From positions 21,574-85,573 of the forward strand of contig JBEKGM010000005.1 in NCBI GenBank assembly GCA_050012795.1: a stretch of 64,000 nt of DNA. The letters are read 5' to 3'. The position numbers and the translations under genes are program-made. The notes beneath the pieces were generated by a model that was not told where the DNA came from, ran no database searches, and was given only the letters and a program-made list of their open reading frames with translations. Below, in pieces: positions 27,356 to 37,000 of this stretch; the first letter of the stretch is position 1, and every line of letters begins with the position of its first letter. The DNA is from Candidatus Bathyarchaeia archaeon. GTDB lineage: Archaea; Thermoproteota; Bathyarchaeia; 40CM-2-53-6.

Positions 27356-28139
27356 TCGCGCCAGTCACCCACTTCTTAAGTCTCTCTAAAGGTGCCACTG
27401 TGACACCTATCTTGCCGAAATACTGATTGAGTTGGGCTAGATCCCTCTCCAGGAAGATCTGCGCCATTTGGTGTTCTACGGTTACGCCTTGCGCGAAGTC
27501 AATCAACACGGGTTCCAAACCATCCATCATAATGTTGTATTCGCTTAGATCGCCATGAACCAGCTGAGCCTTTTGATAAAGGCGCCTAACCGATTCCGCG
27601 ATTTTATCGTAGACCTTTGCCGGGTGGTCAAGCGGAGTCTCTCTGAGCAATGGAGCCGGCCGCCCGTCGCTCCCTCCGATGAACTCCATCAATAGCACGT
27701 TTCCCACAACTTTCACCGGAGCCGGCACGCGTACACCTCCAAATTTAGCTTGTTGAAGGTTCCTGTATTCCTTCAACGCCCATAAATTCACGAGTGATCG
27801 GGTGTCCCGTCTAACGTTCTTGAATCTCTGATCACCTTGGATGTATGCAAGTCTCCCCCCTTTGAACTCACGGGAGGTTGTAAGGAAGATCTTAATCGCA
27901 ACTTGTCTGCCGTCCTTCCCAAGCCCCCAATAAATGCGAGCTTCCTTTCCAGAGCGAAGTACACCGTGAATAGTCTTCAGATCTCCGCGATTGAGCATCT
28001 TATAGACGATCATCAGAGTCGATCTATCGAATACTTCCTCAAGGGAGTCCATCTCCTCGCTCCGCTTTTCCTTCATCAGTTCCTGAACTTCATACCGAGC
28101 CACCCTTCGACGTAGCTTACGCTCTACTCTTGATTCCAA
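27345..28139 (-). CDS. rio1: RIO-type serine/threonine protein kinase Rio1
   Basis: VFDRSTLMIVYKMLNRGDL..IHGVLRSGKEARIY, HGDLSEYNIM and LIDFAQ. There is no N-terminal wHTH, so Rio1 rather than Rio2. Confidence 0.9.
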   Translation of the reverse strand: MESRVERKLRRRVARYEVQELMKEKRSEEMDSLEEVFDRSTLMIVYKMLNRGDLKTIHGVLRSGKEARIYWGLGKDGRQVAIKIFLTTSREFKGGRLAYIQGDQRFKNVRRDTRSLVNLWALKEYRNLQQAKFGGVRVPAPVKVVGNVLLMEFIGGSDGRPAPLLRETPLDHPAKVYDKIAESVRRLYQKAQLVHGDLSEYNIMMDGLEPVLIDFAQGVTVEHQMAQIFLERDLAQLNQYFGKIGVTVAPLERLKKWVTGANGN

Positions 28140-28169
28140 CTACGATACCCCCTCCTTCTTCCGGAAAAA

Positions 28170-28475
28170 TCAGACGGCAAGTCGCCCTTGACTACGGAGC
28201 CAATTTGACTGACTCTCAGTGTAACGCCAAAGGATGTCTCCTCTGGAATCAACTTGAAAATCCCACGGAGCAACCAACACTACGTCGCCCACTTTGATCC
28301 ACACTCGACGTTTCATCTTCCCTCTAATCCTACATACCCGTTCATGACCGTCACCACATTTGACGAGTAACCTATCATACCCAAGCATCTGAGTTACAAT
28401 TCCGAGCATTTGCCCTTCGTCAGGCATAACCATCTCTCGAAGTTCGCCCTCACTCAGAACTTTCTTCTTTCCCAC
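28170..28475 (-). CDS. eif1a: translation initiation factor aIF-1A
   Basis: 101-aa S1/OB pattern (RVCRIRGKMKRRVWIKVGDVVLV.PWD) in the conserved neighbourhood. Confidence 0.9.
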   Translation of the reverse strand: MGKKKVLSEGELREMVMPDEGQMLGIVTQMLGYDRLLVKCGDGHERVCRIRGKMKRRVWIKVGDVVLVAPWDFQVDSRGDILWRYTESQSNWLRSQGRLAV

Positions 28476-28539
28476 TCATTTCACCGGTTCAATCACGATG
28501 TGCGAGTTGAAGGTATTATGGGTTTTCCATCTCTATCCT

Positions 28540-28839
28540 TTACATCCGTACGATCTGGACATGGGGGACCCCGGCAATTCGAACGATCGCGGAAGGATCA
28601 ACTAACCGTTGTTGGACAGCAGCATCCACGATATGGCTCCCAACCAAGTTGGCTATATCGGCAGAGTCAATTTCACGCAATGCCTGCGTGACTGTTGCCT
28701 TAGCACCTTTGTAGAAATCGGCTTTCACTTCGAGTTTCAGTTTTCCTTCTCGAAAAGTCTCACCTATTAGGCTAGAGTCGCAGGCAGCCACGAGCCGGCA
28801 ATTTGGGTCCTGAAAAACTCTAAGGTATACTTCGTCCAC
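28540..28839 (-). CDS. DUF424-like small archaeal protein
   Basis: 99 aa. The pattern ...VAACDSSLIGETF.EG.L.L.V...FY.G resembles the archaeal DUF424 family. It lies between aIF-1A and aIF-2beta. Confidence 0.55.
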   Translation of the reverse strand: MDEVYLRVFQDPNCRLVAACDSSLIGETFREGKLKLEVKADFYKGAKATVTQALREIDSADIANLVGSHIVDAAVQQRLVDPSAIVRIAGVPHVQIVRM

Positions 28840-28854
28840 GTCGTTTTCACTTCG

Positions 28855-29265
28855 TTATCCAGAGAGGACGGAGGACCTTGCACCACAAGCCTCACACCTC
28901 AAAAAGAGGTATCTCCCTTCTTTCTCCATTTTCGTATCAGGACGGTTGCAGATTGGGCAAATAACGAATCTTTGAGCATAGATGGTTAACAACCTAGTTA
29001 CCGTTCCTACGTCGAACTTGCCCTGAAAGATCGCTCTGCTGCCATCCAGCGAAGCTGCTGTGGCCAATTCCCTTGAGAGGAACTTCAATAAATGATGGGG
29101 GTCTCTGTTCAATACGCTACTAATGTCTCCGAAATTCTGAACGATCGTCCTCCTCCCAATTCGGATACCAACAACCTTGGGTATTTCGAACCTCTCTCCT
29201 GTTCCAACCGCCTTGGGTAGGTTGGAATATGCCTTATCGAGCAATTTCGCGTAATCTTCGCTCAA
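28855..29265 (-). CDS. translation initiation factor aIF-2 beta subunit
   Basis: 136 aa with the C-terminal C4 zinc ribbon CPICNRPDT...CEACGA and the N-terminus YAKLLDKAYSNLP. Confidence 0.9.
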   Translation of the reverse strand: MSEDYAKLLDKAYSNLPKAVGTGERFEIPKVVGIRIGRRTIVQNFGDISSVLNRDPHHLLKFLSRELATAASLDGSRAIFQGKFDVGTVTRLLTIYAQRFVICPICNRPDTKMEKEGRYLFLRCEACGARSSVLSG

Positions 29266-29405
29266 TTTCTACCAGCATTAAACAGCATAACGAACCACAT
29301 ATTTGTTGATTCCCTTTTCGACAACTTCACTCTGATAGACTCCACAATCATTGTTAAGACCTTCCAAGATTGGTTGTGATGAACATGTGTGGAGGGGAGT
29401 CCGCT

Positions 29406-31037
29406 ATGGGAAAATGGATAGTGAACGCGGCATGGCCTTATGTGAATTCTGTACCACACCTGGGCACGTTCATCCACCTACTGAGTGCGGACGTCTTCGC
29501 TAGATATCTCCGCCTTAAAGGAGAAGAAGTAATCGCGGTTACAGGATCAGATGAACATGGAACACCAATTGAGATTGAGGCCATAAGACGAGGGATCCAA
29601 CCAAGAGAACTGACAGATCAGATTCACAGTGAGATTTGCAGGCTACTCAAGGCGTACAACATTAACTTCGATAATTACACTCGAACGGAGAGTCCTGTGC
29701 ACATTCAGTTTACGCAGGAACTGTACCGCAAGGTGTACGATAACGGGTATGTGTACACCCAGACTGTGAATCTGCCCTATTGCGAAAAGGATCAACGCTT
29801 TCTTCCTGACCGGTTCATCGAAGGAAAATGTCCTCATTGCGCGTTTGAAGCGGCACGCGGTGATCAATGCGACTCGTGCGGTCGAGTACTCGACCCTCTC
29901 GAACTAATCATGCCCAAATGTGTGTTCTGCGGGTCCACTCCAATTATAAAATCATCTACACACTGGTTCTTTGATCTCCCGAAATTCCGAGACAGGTTGC
30001 TTTCAGTCTTGAAGGCAAACAAGCAACTTCCAGAAAACGCGCGGAATTTCTCGCTTAGATGGCTAGAGGAAGGGTTGAAACCACGGGCTTTAACGAGAGA
30101 TAATAGATGGGGAGTTCCAGCGCCTTTTCCTGGAGCAGAGGGAAAGACCATCTATGTCTGGTTTGAAGCGGTGTTGGGATATGTCTCTGCGTCCATAGAA
30201 TGGGCACAGAACGCTGGCATGGAGGATAAATGGAAGGACTTTTGGTTCGACAGTTCGACTCGTAATGTACACTTCATAGGAAAGGATAACATCCCTTTCC
30301 ATGTGATCATTTTCCCTGCACTCCTCTTGGCCACTCATGAGAACTACGTGCTCCCCTGGCAAGTGGCCTCAACAGAGTTCATTCTGTTCGATGGCCAGAA
30401 GTATTCGAAGAGTAAGAAGATCGGCATCTGGATGGATGAGGCGTTAAAGGTTGCACCGGGAGAATACTGGCGCTACGTACTAATGGCGATTAGGCCAGAA
30501 TTGCGCGACGCTAACTTCACATGGCGCGATTTCGAGATGCACGTAAACAGTGAACTCAATGACGTTCTCGGGAACTTCATTCACCGCACGCTGGTATTCA
30601 TAAGCAACAATTTCGATGGGAAAATTCCTAAGGCAGACGTCTTCGATGAAAAAGATGAAGAGTTCAAGCGGCAGATCTCTGAAGCGCCTGGGAAGGTTAC
30701 CGCATTGCTCGATCAATTTCAACTAAAGACCGCGCTAGCTAGCATAATCGAACTAGCAAGGTCGGGCAATCAGTACTTGAGTGAACGCGAACCTTGGCAT
30801 CTCATTAAGGTCGACAGGGGCAAAACCGCAACTACGCTCTTTCTTGCGTCACAGCTAGTGCGGACTCTGGGAATTCTTATTTCACCATATTTGCCCGAAA
30901 CGGCTGGTCGAATAAGCGACCAATTAGGAATCAGACGAGATTTGGAATGGACCCAAGCAGGAAAACTCGACCTTGAACCAGGACATCAGATAGGGCAACC
31001 TGAACCATTGTTTCATAAGATAATTGTTCCAAAATAA
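29406..31037 (+). CDS. metG: methionyl-tRNA synthetase
   Basis: WPYVNSVPHLGTF (HIGH-type) and KYSKSKK (KMSKS), with knuckle Cys motifs CPHC..CDSCG and CVFCG. ATG at 29406. Confidence 0.95.
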   Translation: MGKWIVNAAWPYVNSVPHLGTFIHLLSADVFARYLRLKGEEVIAVTGSDEHGTPIEIEAIRRGIQPRELTDQIHSEICRLLKAYNINFDNYTRTESPVHIQFTQELYRKVYDNGYVYTQTVNLPYCEKDQRFLPDRFIEGKCPHCAFEAARGDQCDSCGRVLDPLELIMPKCVFCGSTPIIKSSTHWFFDLPKFRDRLLSVLKANKQLPENARNFSLRWLEEGLKPRALTRDNRWGVPAPFPGAEGKTIYVWFEAVLGYVSASIEWAQNAGMEDKWKDFWFDSSTRNVHFIGKDNIPFHVIIFPALLLATHENYVLPWQVASTEFILFDGQKYSKSKKIGIWMDEALKVAPGEYWRYVLMAIRPELRDANFTWRDFEMHVNSELNDVLGNFIHRTLVFISNNFDGKIPKADVFDEKDEEFKRQISEAPGKVTALLDQFQLKTALASIIELARSGNQYLSEREPWHLIKVDRGKTATTLFLASQLVRTLGILISPYLPETAGRISDQLGIRRDLEWTQAGKLDLEPGHQIGQPEPLFHKIIVPK

Positions 31038-31052
31038 TTGCGAGAGATCTAA

Positions 31053-31682
31053 TTGCCCGTCCTGAAAATCGATATGCACGTTCACACGGAAAACTCGCCT
31101 GACGCTCACACGAGGATTGGTGATCTGCCGAGGGTAATCAGTGAGAAAGGTTTGGATGGGATTGCGGTCACTGAACATAACTACTTTGATCCTCCGAGAT
31201 TTGACAACGTAATCATCCTGCCAGGAGTCGAAATCTCTTCTGCTGAAGGGCACATTGTTGCACTCGGCGTGCATGAGATCATCCCGCAGAGACTCTCCGC
31301 TGATGAGACTTTACGAAGAATTCATGACCAAGATGGGATTGCTATTATCCCACATCCGTATGACCCCGTGTGTGAATGTGTGAAAATATCCAATCTCAAG
31401 GTGAGGCCTGACGCTGTAGAGACCATGAATGCGGACGCGTTGTCTTTCGGATTCTCGAATTATCTCGCAAGAAGAGACGCACGTAAATTCAATCTTCCTC
31501 AAGTGGGAGGAAGTGATTCGCACATTCCTGAATCAATTGGCGACTGCTACACTCTAATTGACTCCCCCACCCGGTCTGTAGATGGCATCTTGTCTGCCAT
31601 ACGCAACGGAAAGACACATCCAGTCGGGCACGCGACCTCGGTCATGAACAAATGGCGGAAGCTCAGCTACAAGTTCAAATGA
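31053..31682 (+). CDS. PHP-domain metal-dependent phosphoesterase
   Basis: IDMHVHTENSPDA, VTEHN, IPHPYD and GGSDSH motifs. Confidence 0.8.
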   Translation: MPVLKIDMHVHTENSPDAHTRIGDLPRVISEKGLDGIAVTEHNYFDPPRFDNVIILPGVEISSAEGHIVALGVHEIIPQRLSADETLRRIHDQDGIAIIPHPYDPVCECVKISNLKVRPDAVETMNADALSFGFSNYLARRDARKFNLPQVGGSDSHIPESIGDCYTLIDSPTRSVDGILSAIRNGKTHPVGHATSVMNKWRKLSYKFK

Positions 31683-31693
31683 CAACGCGCAAG

Positions 31694-32563
31694 CTATTCT
31701 ATCTGGTCGAGCCCTAGAGTTAGGGCCATTTCGTTATCCCCGTCGGATTCAGGTTCAAGTTCATCAAGGTTCATGGAAAGTTTTCTTGATGATGGCGAGT
31801 AAGGGAAAGCTATTCCTGTTGCGACCAGAAAGACACTGGGTTCAACTTCACTTTCCCTGAAAGAGCACACGATAGTATTCGAAGGACACAGTGCTTTCGA
31901 TACCCATCTTGATGCGCGAGCGAGAGTCTTTCGGTCAATTTCTCGTGCTGAGATACCGAGAAAGACCTCTGGTTTGCATGAGAATTCGCTAACGGGCAAG
32001 AGTGCTCTTAACGCTCTCAGAAGGGCTTCTTCAACATTCGAGTTCGCCCTGGCCGAGCTGACCCTTGCCAGTTGTCCCCTCTCTAGCATACTCCTGAGGA
32101 GCCTTCTGCATGAAGCATTCGTTAACGATTCACAGATCCTAAAGGCGACATCCGAGTATTCTAATCTTACAAGGCCAGAACTAGAGGCCTTTTCTGTAGT
32201 GTCGACGATTATGATCGTGTCGCAGAATCGATGCATTAGTCGAAGATTTCGTGCTGTACACCAGTTGGTGAGGTTCGTTCCCGGCACGAGGCCAATTAGA
32301 AGAGAACGATCGCTTCTAGCTAACTCAGCAGCATACCGCACCTCAGCGTCAATCAACTTTCCCGCAATGAAGACGATGCCAGAACCCCGCTCTGCGACGA
32401 TCGTTCCGAATGGTTCGTGGCATGATTGATTCAGCATATCAAGACCGTGCAGTGCCATCTCATCATTTTCGAGACTGTTTCGTTCTCGTGATCTTAGCAC
32501 TGTCGACCGTTTGAAGAACCAGTCGAACCGGGGATACAAGGGAGATTGCGTGAGGCGCCTCAA
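31694..32563 (-). CDS. hypothetical protein; weak, degenerate FtsZ/tubulin-like pattern
   Basis: 289-aa ORF. By-eye collinearity with FtsZ segments (GIVFIAGKL..., SLLIGLVPG, CDTIIIVD, VFLVATGI), but there is no GGGTG(T/S)G signature and the N-terminus is short. Confidence 0.55.
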   Translation of the reverse strand: MRRLTQSPLYPRFDWFFKRSTVLRSRERNSLENDEMALHGLDMLNQSCHEPFGTIVAERGSGIVFIAGKLIDAEVRYAAELARSDRSLLIGLVPGTNLTNWCTARNLRLMHRFCDTIIIVDTTEKASSSGLVRLEYSDVAFRICESLTNASCRRLLRSMLERGQLARVSSARANSNVEEALLRALRALLPVSEFSCKPEVFLGISAREIDRKTLARASRWVSKALCPSNTIVCSFRESEVEPSVFLVATGIAFPYSPSSRKLSMNLDELEPESDGDNEMALTLGLDQIE

Positions 32564-32620
32564 TTCGGATGAAACTGTGTTTCGCAGTTACGCATGAATG
32601 AGAGTAGAAATCGACCCCCG

Positions 32621-32905
32621 TTAACCCCCGCCCACGGGCGGTATTATCGCGAAGGTGCAATCTTGTGTAATTAGCGTTTCAAATCCTTTGAGGGATGAAA
32701 TCAGGTTCTCACCCACTAGAAATTGAAGATTTGGCCGCGGATGGGCGGTCTTCGAATCAAAGATGTAGTCCTTCAATTGCGTGTGCCTTGTCACGATGAT
32801 CTTCAGAAGATCAAGAACGGTAATTCCTTGAGTTACGTTGAGAACTTCGTCACGTAGGTTGACCATTTCGCGTACTATAGCGAAATATTGTACTTTAACG
32901 TTCAT
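32621..32905 (-). CDS. MoaD/ThiS-family ubiquitin-like beta-grasp protein (SAMP-like), C-terminal GG
   Basis: 94 aa. MNVKVQYFAIVRE... ends ...IIPPVGGG. Confidence 0.8.
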   Translation of the reverse strand: MNVKVQYFAIVREMVNLRDEVLNVTQGITVLDLLKIIVTRHTQLKDYIFDSKTAHPRPNLQFLVGENLISSLKGFETLITQDCTFAIIPPVGGG

Positions 32906-33083
32906 GGCAGTTCACCATTCGAACTTCTCCGAGTTAATTGTATCGTTTTGGGTCAACTTGCTTTAGCCTCATCAATCCGGGTTACTCCGGGTTATTCTCA
33001 TCCTCGCCGACTAGGCACTGTCAATATTATTCAATTACGGTCCATGACCATATTAAATTAGTTCACCTTGCATCAATTTCCCC

Positions 33084-33860
33084 GTGGGTAATCTGACGAT
33101 GTCAATTGTTGACCCCTCAGCTTTCGTTGAGAGGCGGGATCTCTTGGGAGCGGATACTTGTGTCCGACCTGGGGCACGAATCGAAGGAGAGGTGAAGACG
33201 GGCGAGGGCGTGCTAATTGATTCAAACGCAATAATCCTCGGTCCCGTGAATATTGGAGATGGGACTTACGTGGGATCAAATTGTGTAATTGGGCATCCGA
33301 ACGTTTCCGAAATCACGGAATTGCGCCATACGCATCGGATCATCTCCAAAGGTCAAACGTTCATCGGAAAGAACTGTGTGATTCGGTCTGGTACTGCTAT
33401 CTATTCTGCGGTTAAGGTGGGTGATGACACGGTTTTCGGTCATAACGTCACACTGCGCGAAGAGGTAGTTGTGGGGAGTGGGACTAAGTTAGGAACGAAT
33501 GTTGTTGTTGATGGAAAGTCGAGTATCGGATCGAACGTTTCGATACAGACGGGAGTATACATCTGTACTTATTCAACCGTAGAAGAAGGTGTCTTCTTAG
33601 GCCCATGTTGCGTATTTGCGAATGACAAGTACGTGTGCCAGAAGGAGTTCAAACTGGTCGGACCGACCGTGAGGAAAGGAGCAAGCATAGGAGCAAATGC
33701 TATTCTATTTCCCGGCATCGTCGTTGGCGAAGGCGCGGTTGTGGGTTCGCAGGCCATGGTGAACAGAGATGTACCTCCGAGGAGCATTTACGCTGGTCTC
33801 CCAGCAAGGAAGATTCGAGATGTGCCAGCAAACTGGCGTTCTTCATTGCTGCAAAGGTAA
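33084..33860 (+). CDS. left-handed beta-helix (hexapeptide repeat) acyltransferase
   Basis: Many [LIV]-G-x4 hexapeptide repeats (IGDGTYVGSNCVIG, VGDDTVFGHNVTL, IGSNVSIQTGV, IGANAILFPGIVVGEGAVVG). Confidence 0.85.
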   Translation: MGNLTMSIVDPSAFVERRDLLGADTCVRPGARIEGEVKTGEGVLIDSNAIILGPVNIGDGTYVGSNCVIGHPNVSEITELRHTHRIISKGQTFIGKNCVIRSGTAIYSAVKVGDDTVFGHNVTLREEVVVGSGTKLGTNVVVDGKSSIGSNVSIQTGVYICTYSTVEEGVFLGPCCVFANDKYVCQKEFKLVGPTVRKGASIGANAILFPGIVVGEGAVVGSQAMVNRDVPPRSIYAGLPARKIRDVPANWRSSLLQR

Positions 33861-33949
33861 GAGGGGACACGCCAGAATGGATAAATATTGATCGTCCTAT
33901 TGACGGGGCAGTTCAATTCGGACACCGATGAAAGCGGAGCAAGCTGAGG

Positions 33950-35680
33950 TTGAAAATTAAACTCTTTGTTTCTGGCCTATTTCTAGTTCTGATTCTGGGA
34001 ATTCTCGCCCCGCACGTCTCAGCTGCTGCATCCCCGGCTACTTCGCCTTCGGGAGTTGGAATTGAGATTCAAAGAACTATCTCAGTGGGACCATTTGGGG
34101 TTATTCACATCAGTGACGCCTTCAACGTAACGAATACCGGAACGGGTTCAAGATCTTATCTTGATTTCGGATTTCTTAAGCAGTATCAGAACAACTTCTA
34201 TTACGTCTCAGCTCAGGATAATCTTGGCAGAGCGTTAACGATTGAAGTAAACGTAAATTCAACATCTGACTTTTACTGGCTACGAGTCCATTTTGCTCAG
34301 GAACTAGGCGCGGGCAGGACATACAAGTTCACCGTTACCTCCGTATTCAACAATCTCATCAGTGTGGTGGGAACAGGATTCGAATACAACTTCACGGCTG
34401 CTCCAGTACTCACGCAGGACGCCCAAGTCGCGAACGTAACCCTGCTTGCTTCGCAAGATTCCTCTTTTGTCACAATACCGAACTCCACTTACGTGTCGAC
34501 TCACGTGAATGGATTTCCGGCCTTGGTGAACACTTATAGGCCTTGGAGGGCCTACTCCATGATGACATTCTACGGGCCTTTTCGATCTGTAACTCAACAG
34601 ATAATTGACCTGATTTCAGCGAAACGCGACATAACAATTGGAAGAGACGGGACGCTGACTGTGACGGACAGCTACGCGTTGTTCAACCCGTCTATAGCGC
34701 TCACTACTCTCTCCCTCACTCTCCCCGATGGAGCGAACAACATTATGGCATATGACCCAGTGGGTGCGATGTGGACTTCTCCTCAGAATCCGGGATCACC
34801 CTACCAAGTCTCTGTCACTCCAAGGTACGGCTCGTTCAAGGGCAACGAATGGTTCAACTTCACCTTAACATACAATTTACCGCCATCAGAATATCTCAAG
34901 CAGACCAGTTGGTGGGGCGGATACAACCTCACAATGCCATTGTTCAACGACGACGAAGACCTGCTAATACCGCAGGCGACTATCAGAATCATTGCGCCTG
35001 GCGGAGTGTCGTTGGGAGATCCTAAGCTGCCTTCACAATCACCCATCACCCCAGACTTCAATGTGAGCGCAGATTACCGAACGATCAAGATACGGGATGT
35101 TACTAGTCTGAACAATCTGACGTTCGGAATGGCTGTTAACTATCTACCCTTCTGGTCTGCCGTTCGAGTACTCCCCTGGATCTTCATGCTGGAAGTAATT
35201 GCTTTCGCAGCGGTCATAGTGAACAAATATAGGCGGGGTCCAGAACTCGCGGTCCCCATCCCCGTAGAACGACTCAGAGAATTCGTCAGCCTATACGACG
35301 AGAGAATCGCCCTCTCCAGGGAATTAATCGCTATGGAGGAAGACGTGAACAGAGGCAGCCTCGTTAAGCATGAGTTCAGAAGAAGAAGTAAAGTGATCGA
35401 CCTCCGTTTGGATGAGATTAACAAATCACTTATGGAAGTGAAATCGGAGCTGCGTTTGGTAAGTCCGCGATATGATGAGCTGATCCGACGTATTGACAGG
35501 GCGGAAGCGGAATCTGAAGCCTCACGCGCGAGCATAGATCAAGTTCGCAGCCAATACCGCGCTGGCAAGATCACGCGAGAAACATTTGACACAGTAATGA
35601 ATGACATATCCAAACGGATAGACAGAGCAGAGTCAGTCCTAGAGACCATACTCATCACTCTAAGGGAAGAAGCAAGGTAA
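33950..35680 (+). CDS. secreted type I membrane glycoprotein, ribophorin-I/OST1-like topology
   Basis: Signal peptide (LFVSGLFLVLILGILAPHVSA), then about 390 aa of beta-rich ectodomain with many N-x-S/T sequons. One TM follows (VLPWIFMLEVIAFAAVIV), then a cytoplasmic coiled-coil tail of about 155 aa. Confidence 0.7.
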   Translation: MKIKLFVSGLFLVLILGILAPHVSAAASPATSPSGVGIEIQRTISVGPFGVIHISDAFNVTNTGTGSRSYLDFGFLKQYQNNFYYVSAQDNLGRALTIEVNVNSTSDFYWLRVHFAQELGAGRTYKFTVTSVFNNLISVVGTGFEYNFTAAPVLTQDAQVANVTLLASQDSSFVTIPNSTYVSTHVNGFPALVNTYRPWRAYSMMTFYGPFRSVTQQIIDLISAKRDITIGRDGTLTVTDSYALFNPSIALTTLSLTLPDGANNIMAYDPVGAMWTSPQNPGSPYQVSVTPRYGSFKGNEWFNFTLTYNLPPSEYLKQTSWWGGYNLTMPLFNDDEDLLIPQATIRIIAPGGVSLGDPKLPSQSPITPDFNVSADYRTIKIRDVTSLNNLTFGMAVNYLPFWSAVRVLPWIFMLEVIAFAAVIVNKYRRGPELAVPIPVERLREFVSLYDERIALSRELIAMEEDVNRGSLVKHEFRRRSKVIDLRLDEINKSLMEVKSELRLVSPRYDELIRRIDRAEAESEASRASIDQVRSQYRAGKITRETFDTVMNDISKRIDRAESVLETILITLREEAR

Positions 35681-35710
35681 CATCCTACCTTATAGACAAC
35701 CGGACACCTT

Positions 35711-37000
35711 GTGCTCCTTCCACAGCAACCAGGGTCCTTAATGAGTCAGGTTGAGATCGAAGAACTCGAGGCATGGCTCCGGCATACACTAGCTTCTAGA
35801 ATCAGTCAGGCTGAAAGAGAAAGAGACAAGTTACTCGCGGAGATCGCCAAGTCCGTGAATGCCCTTCCAGAATACTGTAACCAATTGTCGAAGAAAGCCG
35901 AACAGGACATGGAATCAAAGCACGACAACAGAGCCCAGTACAAAGCGGCGAAGACGCTTAGTAGACTCACGGCGCTAATTGCTGACATCTGTAAATCAGT
36001 TAATCTTACCAATGAAAGAGATACCACCTCATTGAGGGCACTCCAACGTGAATTATCCAAAACTGCCTCAGAAGGCACGCGGATTAGAAGTGAGCATCTC
36101 AACCAGATCAGACCGTTCTACATCATCGATACGATGACGCTTGGCGGAAACATAGACAAGCTGCGTCGACTGAGCGACGAGCTTCACAACTTCTTAATGG
36201 GGCGGGGTGGAGTACTGAAATCGTTTGAGGATCTCGATGAGAAACTGAAGTCAATAAACAAAATCAGATCGACTAGAGATTCGATTTCTGCGCAGAGAAA
36301 AACCGTAGAGAAAAAGCTTGCAGAGGTAACGAAAACTGATGAACTCTTGAGACAACAAGTCGATCAGGTTCGACAGAACCAGAAGATGAGAGAATACATA
36401 CGAATTGACGGGGAATTGCGGGATCTAAGGGTGGAACTTCTACGCACGGGATTTAGTAGATTGGGAAGACCGCTTAGAAAGCTAGCGTCCCTGTCAGAGC
36501 GTGGCAGTTACCCCTTGCCACTTGAAGTAAGAGAGAGCACTAAAGAGTATCTAAGAAGACCTTTCATGACGTTCATAAGCGAACAGGAAGGATATCCGAA
36601 GCTCAAGAGTGTCATGTCGGCGCTGTCCCATGCCGTTTCAAGTGGAAAACTCGCGCTAAAGCAGAGAGAGGCGAAGAAAGTGACCGATCGAAGTGAAGAG
36701 GTTGTTTCACATAACTCGCTTTTTGCAATTCAGACGAAGGCAAAGGATCTGAAACAGAAATATGACCAATTGATGATCGATCCAGAGACGGCATCACTCG
36801 TCGAAGAGATGAAGACGCTGAGGCAGAAGGGTCGCGCGAATCTCAAACTCAAGAAGGAATTGGATGATGAGCTCCGTAGAACCGGCGAGATTGAAACGAA
36901 AACTAATGATCAGATAGGTGTCCTGACAGAGGAAATCGAGGACTTTTCAAGCAAATTGGCAGGCGTAGAGGTAAAGATACAGTCTCCTCAAACTAGATAA
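35711..37000 (+). CDS. hypothetical cytoplasmic coiled-coil protein
   Basis: 429 aa, highly charged heptad-like sequence throughout, no enzymatic motif. The start may be ATG at 35741. Confidence 0.6.
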   Translation: MLLPQQPGSLMSQVEIEELEAWLRHTLASRISQAERERDKLLAEIAKSVNALPEYCNQLSKKAEQDMESKHDNRAQYKAAKTLSRLTALIADICKSVNLTNERDTTSLRALQRELSKTASEGTRIRSEHLNQIRPFYIIDTMTLGGNIDKLRRLSDELHNFLMGRGGVLKSFEDLDEKLKSINKIRSTRDSISAQRKTVEKKLAEVTKTDELLRQQVDQVRQNQKMREYIRIDGELRDLRVELLRTGFSRLGRPLRKLASLSERGSYPLPLEVRESTKEYLRRPFMTFISEQEGYPKLKSVMSALSHAVSSGKLALKQREAKKVTDRSEEVVSHNSLFAIQTKAKDLKQKYDQLMIDPETASLVEEMKTLRQKGRANLKLKKELDDELRRTGEIETKTNDQIGVLTEEIEDFSSKLAGVEVKIQSPQTR

